Source: Kipferlia bialata (taxonomy: Eukaryota). From it: DNA of 47,633 nt. A program made the position numbers and the translations under genes. Location of the stretch: NCBI GenBank assembly GCA_003568945.1, contig BDIP01000007.1:1-47633 (forward strand). Direction: 5' to 3'. Below are positions 37,926 through 47,633 of this stretch, in pieces (positions within the stretch are counted from its first letter, which is position 1; the number at the start of each line of letters is the position of its first letter). A model generated the notes under the pieces. That model worked only from the letters and a program-made list of their open reading frames with translations, did no database searches and was not told the origin of the DNA.

Positions 37926-38109
37926 CCATGACCAAGGCTTCAAAATATATGAACACAACAACGATCTATTTCAACAATGTCAACGATTACATACTGAACC
38001 ACGTCGACTCACAACAACAAATATGCGGTAGAAAGAACTATAACGGTGCTCAAGGAGTGGTGTCATGGCCATAATGAATAGAGAGGGATACCAAATAGTA
38101 TCCCACTCA

Positions 38110-41100
38110 TTAGAAGAAGTCCTCGAGCTTGATGTCTAGGAGAGCGTCGTTCCCTGCCTCTGGGTCGATGGGATTGAACCCATCCCCATAGTCCTCAGTG
38201 ACCTCACTCTCACTCTCTCCCCCATCCTCTCCCTCTCCCTCTCTCTCCTGGGGTGTCTCCACCTTGACCAGACTCAGAGTCACGTCACTCTCATCGGCAG
38301 TCTCTCCCCCTGTCTCTCTCTCCCCCTCTCCCTCTGCCCTGACCACTGTCCCTGCCAGTCTGGATGGGTCCAGCAGGGTGGGGGTCTCACCAAAGTCAAT
38401 GTAGTCATCACCTGGGGGGTAAGAGAGGTATACATATTCATGCATTCATAGTACAATGTTACCCTAAATAACAACGTAAATGAGGGCGCCTGGGGATAGA
38501 GGTTTGTCTCAGGAGAACAATATGTCAGAGTGTGTTACTATATCTCCATATATATCCTATACCTGCGACAAGCTGTGAGTATGGAATGACCGATGGATCA
38601 GCAGCAGCAGCAGTATCAGTAGGCACATCCTTAGTACCGACAGGAACAGTGGTGGTAGGGGCAGCACCATACACGGTCTTGATATCTCTCTGCCCCTCCA
38701 CCTTGACACCATCTGCCCCACACTCCACCTGTCTCTCCCTCTCTCTCTCAATCTCCCTCTGCCTCTCTCTGTCTCTGTCAGCGTCCCCCTCCATCTCTCT
38801 CAGCATATATTCCATGTCATCACCCTCTCCATCTCTGTCACCCTCTCCCATACCCATGTCCTCTAGGGATGGGAACTCATCATCGTCCTCAGCTACAGGG
38901 GCACAACTAGGGTGCTGGACACAAGGAATAGTAGGTGCAGCAGGAGCTACAGAGGCAGTAGTGGTACTGGGTGTCGGGAGAGGTGCAATAGATGGCACCT
39001 CCTCTCTCTTTGGCATGGGCAGTGGGACTAAGGGTCCAGCGGCAGAGGAAGCACCGTATAGAGAGACAGATGGTCTGGGTAGGGTCTCCCCCTCACTCTC
39101 TGGGGTGTCCACATCACTGTCCTCCTGGGAGTAAGTACAGATGCATATACATGACACAGATACATCTATGCAACTGGGAGTAAGGCAGAGAGATGCATCT
39201 ACTGGATGATGTTACAGTGAAATAGTTACATAGGAGAGATACACATGACGCACCTCTGATGCTGATCCTATGCTAGGCTCGCTCTCGGCATTGAGACGGT
39301 GGTTCTGTCTGGCCCTGGGGTGAGGACTAAACACACACCATTTATATGAGTAACGAGAAGTATGGGATATGTGTCCTGCGCATACCTCTGAATCAGCCTC
39401 CCCCATGTGCTGTCAGACAGAAGGACACCCCTCTGGAAACTGTGGACTATATAGAGGGTGTGGATGGCACGGGTCAGAGACACATTCACTCTGGGGGGTG
39501 AGAAGCACTGTCATTTATACATATCCAAAAACTCTTGCGATGTATATGACCAAAAATCTGAGAGAGAGGTATTAACCACTCTACCCACATCTGCTCATCG
39601 TCTAGGAACTGTGGGTATCTGTATCAGTACTATATATACTAATATATATATGATGGGATACATACCTCTGCTCATCATCCAGGAACTCTGTGGGTGTGGG
39701 TCTGGCCAGAGTGGCAATGACTACAGGCCTCTCCTGGCCTAGGGGTCAGGGTATATATATATACACACACACACACAAATATTTATATATGCTCATAGTG
39801 CGAGTGTGTGGATACTCACCCTGGAATGCATCGACTGTGGCTGCCTGTATGTCCTTGTAGGGGGCACCCTCCCTCTGCAGAAGGGTCTGGGGTCAGGGTG
39901 TGTCGGTGCTTGGAATACAACACATGCGGTAATACATATCTATATTACTACATCTATACCTGCATCTCTGCGCACTGTGCCCTGTATGGACTGATGACAC
40001 ACACGTGATGGGGCTCAATGTCATCATCGGAGGACAGAAGCTCCCTAGAGGGTGAGGGTCTCTCTCTCACACACTATTGTATACATACTACACCCCACTC
40101 ACTTGATGATCTTCAGCACCTCCTTCTGTTCTTGCACATTGGTCACAGAACCACCCCTCTTGGTCACTTGGCCCTGGGGGGTAAGCACATACAGACACCA
40201 CTTAGGAGTACTCATGACACATGATATATCCTATGCCTACCCATACCTTGACCTGTCTCTCTATGAGACCTGGTTCCACACTGGTGAGGTATCGGTGGGG
40301 GCCTCGGCTGATGACACTGCCTAGATATGAGAAGCAGTCAATCACACCCCTACACAGGCAACATTGTGTCATATATATGTAATTGGAGTCAGACCATATA
40401 CCTCTGTAAAACATCTCACTGGCTGCCTCTGCGATGCCTCGGTGGCATCGGAACTGGAGGTGAGAGGGGGGCTAGATACACAGTGAAGTAGAGGGGCGAC
40501 TACAGAGGGGTAGACTCTCATTCATACTGTATATTTCCCAAAGTGTCCACCTGCTCATTCAAGGGTATGATGGCTGAGGGTGGGATCAGGGACTGCCACC
40601 TATCCAGGACAGACTGCGACATGGCCTGGGGGGAGGGGAGGATGCATATAAACATAAGTCTTTACTATCCAATACTATACATATACAGACTAGGACATGG
40701 CCTGGGGGGAGTAGACGATGATATATATATATATATTCACTTCAAAGCAATATATACTTGTATATGTATATATGTATACACACTATGCACACCTTGCACT
40801 GTGCCACTGGTGACAGCTGCATGGGGTCACCACACAGGAGGATACGGCCTGGAAGGGTCAGAGGGGTATATACTGCATACAGTGGAGACAAAACTGGATA
40901 CATATAGTAACACCATTCACACCTGTTGGGAGCACTGTGACAATCTCCTGTGTCTTGTCGTCACTCTTTCCACACTTGCCCATCTGCTTCTTCCTCTCTC
41001 TCTCCCTCTCTGCCTCAATGTCCCCATTGTACAGGGCAATGTCGCCATCAACCTGTTATGAGATAATACATACACACTGTGATATCTGCTAGACAACCCT

Positions 41101-44100
41101 ACACTTGAGGATATATGAAGTATGTGTTCTATATCCTACCTGCAAATCAGCGACCGCTGCCACCATCTGTGCCTCACTGATCTGGGAGGCTTCATCGGCT
41201 ATGACAAGAGAGACCAGGGAGGGGCCTGGGGTGGGTGCAAGAACACATGATACAACACATACTATATGTATATATGTCACAAATCACCACCCACCTCCCA
41301 GGACCGCAGGCACCTTCTTGCAGGATGCAGTGGTGGTGAACACAATGACTAGCCTGAGGGTGAGGGTATGAATACACAACATCACACTCACAATGATGAC
41401 TATGTATAAGTATATGATCTGACTCACTTTGGGTACTTGACCCTGGTTGCGTTGGTGTGGCATGTACCGACCTCCTTCATCAGGGCCTGCTTGGGACCCA
41501 GCCTGATAAGGCACTCCCTCAGGCTGGGGGTTAGTGTATATATGTATATATTGAGTCACATATTGAGACAGATCCAAAAGAGAGGATATGTGTACCTCTT
41601 AGCCCCCAGTCCCTTCAGTATCTGGTCACACTTGGTCTTGGCCTTTGACTTACTCTTAGTCTTAGGCTTCTCTGCCTCTGCCTCTGCCTCTCCCTCTCCA
41701 TCAGTCTCTCCCTTCTTCCCCAGCACCCCATCATCCCCATTGATGTCGTCCCACTGCTTGAGGAGGCCTGGGGTGAGTATACACATGTGATCAATAGGTA
41801 TATAGTATAGTATAGTATAGTATAATATACATGTATCCCCCACCTGACAGCAGCCTATCCACAGCCACATTGGTACAGCTAGTCACCATGATGATCTCTG
41901 GTCTCTTGTCCACCCTGGTCAGAGAGGGGCATGCACCATCTACACCATCTGCTTCAGTATCCATGGCCTCATCACCTGACTCTGCCTGGTAGGTGTAGCG
42001 CATGGAGGCACACCTGGGGGGTCAGACACACATAGAGTGAGGGAATGAAATTGTACGACACCAGGACAAGCATTCCACAATTATATGGAACATGAAACAG
42101 ACATGTATAGTGGTACATATATACGGATGTCCATACCTCATGATTGTCATGAGCAGTCCCACCAGCACCCTACTCTTACCAGACCCAAAGGTACCTGAGG
42201 TGAGGGAGAGAGAGGACAAAGTGTATAGTAATATATACATACAAACACTTATATCGTACCTCTGAGTATCCCACCCCTGGGTGAGTATGCATCCCTCTTC
42301 CTGGTGCCTGTTAGACCAAGCGATCCTAGGACTAGGGAGGTGAGGGCCCTGGGGGTGAGGGTACATCAACAATGTACTCTATACACTAGATACCCCACTG
42401 GGGTGTCTCGTTAACAGTCTAAAGCGCCATCGACAACAAATATATATACCATGCACATAGCATTAGTGTACCTAGTCTGCCTGGTTGAGAGTCCCAGCCC
42501 CTCACTCACATGTGCTATCTGAGCATCCACCATATCTCTCTGACTGGGGGGCTCGAAGAGAGAGGTATACTCGGGGGGCTGGAGGTGAGGAAAGAGACAT
42601 TGTAAAGTATGATTCAATACACATATATATACGTTGTGTAAGTACTAGATGATACCTCGTAGCCCAGGAAGCAGAAGGGTGGTGGGCGAGAGCGACCCTT
42701 CCTAAGGAGTGAGAGAAATCGAGACCTAGTAACACGATACGTGAGAGATGTTTGCCATCTTCACGACTGAATCTAGTGAGTATATACTAGTACCTGATTG
42801 ACTCGAGTGCTCTGACCAACTGTGCACTGTCCTTGAGAACGGCACAGTACAGGCCAGACCTGGGTTAACATGAGGTAGACATACTATATGCATACTATAT
42901 ATACACACACAAATATATATATAATGCATATATATGCATCGATGGCAGCATAGTTGTCATATAGGAGAGTATTGAATAGAGTGGGGACTCGTCATTACCT
43001 TGGTATACTGAACAGGCTCTGGTTGATATGGGACACCAACTTGAGGGCTACCATCTCCTCGCCTGAGCTGCCTGTGGGTCAGATGTGAAAGCACATATAT
43101 ACAACTCGAGTGTCAGAAGGAAGGCGCACACTTCCATACCTCCCCCTCCCCTCTTCTTCCCCTTGCCCTTCCCCTTGTACAGAGAGGGGCCAGAGTCCAT
43201 CTGCATGGCATCGGAGTACAGGGTGTGGGCTGGAGTCAGTGTGAAAATGTATACAAGAGAGAGAGGGAGAGAGAGAGGGTCCATGTCTATAGCATCAGAG
43301 ATTATGGAATACGCTGAGGGAGAGTAAATATATGATACAAATGTATATTATATACACCTGAGGAAGATAAAGAACTTACAAACATACTGCCACAGTAATG
43401 GCAGTGTATCCCCATACCTACGAAGCAGAACCCAGGTGCCTTGCCAATGAAGGACATGCTGGGGTGAGAGACACCATCATAGAGTACAACTAGAGCATTA
43501 TTACCAAGTGAACACAGTGTAGAACAGTCTCTATCCCCACCTAGTAGCCACTAGGACTGCATCCCCACTCTTAGATGATGGGGGCAGGGTGCCAGCGGGG
43601 ACAAAGAGGTTGATGTCGGCCTGCTGCTTGACTGGAAGGGTGAGAACAAGATGTAGATGCTATATCTTTTAGATTGAGTAATGTACTTATACAAACATAC
43701 CTGGCTTGTCTGCTGCCGGTGTGTCACCATTGCCCTCCAGCACATCCAGTCTCTCCTGAAGCTCCTCGATCTATGTGTGAGGAGACGTTAGAGTATAGTA
43801 CTCATATATACAGAGTTCCACTCCCACCTCATCATCGTAGTACTTCTTCCTGGCCGCCTGCTTGAGCTTCTTCCTTCTGCTTTGGAGACGCTTGATGTCC
43901 TGGGGTCAGAGAGGAACGAATCAAAGGGATGTGTATATACCACCCACGCATCATGTTCCAGTTACCTGCATGAGTCTTCTCTTCTCCCCCCCACTCCCCA
44001 GTCCCCCACTGCCTGTGGTGGGTCTGCCAGCCACTCTGCCCTGGGGTGAGTATTCATTCATATATATATACTAATATTACTCTATATACATATATATATG

Positions 44101-47066
44101 GGTCTGCCACTCTGCCCTGGGGGGTGAGAGGATGTGAATATACTCACGACTCAGATATACATATGAATGGTCTGCCAGCCACCCTGGGGGTTAGGAGTGC
44201 ATAACAAAATTATATGGCTACTTCCATATACTCAGTTAGGTATGTCCTCTGTACCTTAGGCAGTGCCGCCCTGCACCCCTTCTGGCCATATATACTCAGT
44301 GTATAAGAATCAATGCAATATTCCTTCTATATTGGTATGATATGTATATACCTTAGGCAGTGCCGCTCTACACCCCTTCTGGGCACCCCCTTCCCTGAGG
44401 GCCGCAAAGGCTGGGGGGTGAGGGGGGCGGAGAGGTAGGGGTTGGTACATACATGAATTGGGTTGGGAGAGGTATTATATACCAATAGTGGGTCTGATAA
44501 GATGTGATGCTCCATACCTAGCAGCATGAACTCGGCCGAGACAGCTGCTGCCATGGCATTGGACCTGGGGGTGAGGGAAGAGAGAGTACACAAATGTTCT
44601 ATACTAGTAAATAATAAACATATGTACTCATACTACCAACCTGCTCCGCCAGTCTGTCATCTTGACCGTGTCTGTCAGTACCCCCAGGTCTATGCTGCCT
44701 CGGAAGGGCTTGAAGGGGTTGAGGGTGCCTGGGGGTCAGACTGTCCAGACTCTCTCTCAGTAAACATACATACTGGGTACATATACACACCTAACAGACA
44801 TCTCAGATGATCTCTCTCTATCTATATTTACCGTTATAGAGTCCATACCTAGCAGCCTCCCGAGCCCCTCCCTCTGGTTGACTGGGGGCATGGAGAAGGG
44901 GTAGGACGGACCTGGCTTGGAGAGGGCATTGACCCAGGCTGGGGGTGAGGGAGAGATATGACGAGAGAGAGAGAGAGAGGTATAAACACTCACTTGGTGT
45001 CTTGTCTGTGGGTATGGACCCATTGGTAGAGACCAGAGGCTTGAAGGCAACGACCTTCCTCTTGGGTGGGGCTGCTGCAGCGGCAGAGGGAGGGGTGTTC
45101 TCTCTCTCCTCCCCCTCTGTCTCTCTCTTGGGGAGTGGGTGTGTGGGCTCTGTCTTGGGAGGGACAGTGGTGCCATATGTATTGCCACTCTGCCCTGATA
45201 CAGGGGCAGGTGCAGGTGCAGAACCATACATCCCTCCCTTGGAGAGAGTGTCACTGTTACCCTGAGGGGCACTCCCATACATAGAGGGAGGGGCAGAGGA
45301 CTGAGGCCTAGCACTAGAGCTGGCTCCATACACACCCACTTGGGCGGTCTCCCTCTTTGGCACCTGTCCCCCACCCCCATACACAGAGGTAGTGGGGGCA
45401 GTGCCATACCCACCCTGTCCCTGTACGCTAGAGGGTGGTGTGGATCTAGGTGGGTGGTACTGCGGGGCACTCACACTGCTGCCACTGCTCTGCCCATACA
45501 GACCCCCACCTCTGGAGGGCAGGGATGGTGGCTGGTTGGGTGTATGAGTACTCCCCCCACCACCTCCTCCCCCTAGGGCACTGAGCTTACTGCGCATGGA
45601 GTACATACCACCACCAGGCGATGTTCTAGGGACAGGAGCAGCCATACCCCCTCCAGGTGACACCATAGCACCTCCTGTCCCAGGCCCTCCCCCATAGGGA
45701 GAAGGGTGGGTGGGTCTCGTCTGGGGGGCTGAACCATACTGTTGTGGCTGAGGGGGCACACCCTGCCTAGGTGGCTGATACCCATGCTGCATATGGGGCT
45801 GATGGGTGTGGGTAGGCATGCTCTGCTGTGCCTGTCCGCCATGTCCATAGAGAGGCTGAGCAGGGGCAGCTGCCTGTCCATACCCACCCTGGGGTCTAGC
45901 CTGCTGAGGCCTACCCCCAGCTGGTATGTACTCGGGGTCACTGATGGAACTGCCCCCACCCTGGTACATAGACGGGGGTGTCTGGTGCTGGTAGAGGGGG
46001 ACTGGACCCTGGCCATACTGCTGGTGGCCCATGGGGGGAGGGGGAGGGGCCTGGCTAGGGGGAGACCTCCCATACTGCTGAGGCTGCTGCTGCTGGGCAT
46101 ATGGGTTGTGTCCCTGCTGTCCCTGTCCCTGTCCCTGTTGGTGCATGGGGGAGGGAACAGCCTGCACCCTCGGCCTCCTTGGATCCACAAAGGGTCTGGG
46201 TGCCTTCTTCCTAGGGTCCACAAATGGGGCATTGACACCCCTGGGTCTCATGTGGGAGGGGGTGGGGAACTGACCGTTGGCCTTGGCCTGGGGGTGAGAG
46301 AGGGACAACCATGTATCATCATAGTGAGAGGCACATGACTTGATAAACGCAGAGGATTACCACTCAGTGACTGGGACACACTCTCTCCCTATATAAATGT
46401 GTATATGTATGATACATACAGTCACATACCAGCTGGATCTCCCTGGCACGGGCCAAGGCATCAGCCTTGTCCTGGGGGGAGAGGGGGAATGGGGGGGGGG
46501 GGGGGGGGGGGGAAGGGGGGGGGGGGGGGGGGGGGGGGGCGGGGGGAGGGGGGGGGGGGATGAATGCGAATTGACATGAGAAATTGGTGTAATGTATGAA
46601 TGCACAGTCCACAGGGAATGCGTCTGTGATTAGAGTGGGGCCAGGGGATAAGGGAGGGCAATGTGAGTTGGAAATTTGGGTATTGAAATCATTTGAAAAC
46701 CAACTTATACAGGATATCACTGGGTAGATACACACTATATGTGTCCAAATACACTCTTAGAACACTCCTAGCCGACTGGCCCTCTCCAGGCAATGTGTAG
46801 ATGCACCAGAGGACTATAAGTGACCCAATACCAAAAATAGAGAACATCCCCCCACACTGCATACACATACCCATACCTGTACTCTCCAGTACCATAGCCG
46901 GTCCCCCGTCTATGGTGAGGGGGATGCCATCGGAGGGAGACCCCTCGTCGGCATAGAGGCTAGGCAGAGAGGCCTGCCCTGCGTCCATGTTCAAGGGGCT
47001 GTCCACACCCATACCCTCCGCATCTTCAAAGTCCATCTCGTAATCACCCGCAGCAACGTCCCCCAT
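38110..47066 (-). CDS. ZGRF1: UPF1/DNA2-like superfamily-1 helicase, most similar in motif wording to ZGRF1; long P/Q/G/Y-rich N-terminal region and acidic C-terminal tail
   Basis: Spliced motifs: LSTRQTRAL (Q motif); GILRGTFGSGKSRVL (I, ~42167-42195); IMVTSCTNVAVDRLLSGLL (Ia); LVIADEASQISE (II); ILLCGDPMQLSP (III); LNEQFRCHRGIAEAASEMFYRG (IV); CVISPYRAQ; ATVDAFQG (V); VSLTRA (VI). GxFGxGKS plus TNVAVDRxLxGLL is the ZGRF1-type wording as I recall it. More than 25 exons; not all were verified. Confidence 0.75.
46491..46559. repeat. Long G-tract (C-tract on the sense strand) inside a helicase intron
   Basis: Near-pure G run of about 69 nt, just upstream (on -) of the acceptor at ~46472. Confidence 0.95.
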
Positions 47067-47378
47067 GCCTAGAAAGGCTCTCGAGACTCAGGCGGGGGCG
47101 AAACAGGCGAGTGTTTCCTTCCTACTGCCAACAACCGGTGTTGAGGCAGCAAAAGCTTCCCAATTGACCCCAACGGAAACTCTAGGGGTAAATAGTACTC
47201 CAGTAGAGTGCAAGAGGCTCTGTACTAGTCAGTACGGGTGGAAGAGAGCCTGATATTCATGCCAAACTTTGGGTTTGAGGTTATCTTTCCCAAATGACCG
47301 ATACCGATCGTCCCCAAACAGCTGATCATTCCGAGTTGACGTGACCCTCACTCTTCAAAGACACACTCACACACCACA

Positions 47379-47465
47379 ATGGAACCAGCCACGGGGTTCC
47401 TCGAGAGAGGGGAGGGGTACCGCGTGTTCTACCGTATCTGGAAGGATGCTGCAGTTCCATCCAAG
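47379..47465 (+). CDS. First exon of a probable alpha/beta hydrolase (lysophospholipase/monoglyceride-lipase-like); gene runs off the window
   Basis: ATG 47379 gives MEPATGFLERGEGYRVFYRIWKDAAVPSK, followed by AAG|GTGTG. G-x-x-(L/V)-F-Y-R-x-W is typical of the N-terminus of this family. The catalytic motifs are not in the window. Confidence 0.5.
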
Positions 47466-47633
47466 GTGTGTTGATCGTAATTGCTGGAATCGAGGAGAAT
47501 CATATAGGCTCTATATAGTATCTATATGTAATCCAGTGGCGCCGAGTATGTGGTTGTTATGTATGTGTATCCGGCTAGTGATGACGGTGTCATTGTCTGC
47601 CGGCTACCCCCCCCCCCCCCCCCCCCCCCTCCC

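Noticed and set aside
41801..41824. (TATAG)n tandem repeat
   Set aside because: Ordinary intronic microsatellite.
1..47633. CRISPR arrays, rRNA/tRNA genes, transposase or reverse transcriptase ORFs
   Set aside because: I saw no regularly spaced repeat-spacer array, cloverleaf, rRNA signature or DDE/RT motif by eye. A covariance-model scan would be needed to exclude small RNAs.

Overview
This is eukaryotic, intron-rich genomic DNA, not prokaryotic, so the bacterial-style ORF track fragments or misses most genes. Short GT-AG introns with a CTCAC/CTAAC/CTGAC branch point close to the acceptor, (TA)n and poly-C intron tracts, and GA-rich codons for Glu/Arg/Gly suggest a free-living metamonad such as Kipferlia (inference). 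I spliced genes by hand. In order: (1) first exon of a secreted protein; (2) a multi-exon protein ending in pentapeptide repeats; (3) a giant (>4,600 aa) single-pass surface protein with FG-GAP propellers and six ~515-aa Ig-like super-repeats in one 12.4-kb exon; (4) an assembly gap; (5) a kelch-like propeller gene; (6) a vWA + alpha-kinase gene with two frameshifts, head-to-head with (7) a coiled-coil + LRR gene with one LRR per phase-0 exon; (8) a 27-bp inverted repeat; (9) a spliced HerA/FtsK-type ATPase; (10) a long helical protein; (11) a ZGRF1-like SF1 helicase; (12) the start of a probable alpha/beta hydrolase. The strongest leads are the kinase/LRR/HerA-like cluster at 25.5-32.8 kb, the double-propeller adhesin, and recurrent near-identical copies of splice junctions inside adjacent introns. 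No database searches were run. Some exon boundaries are approximate.
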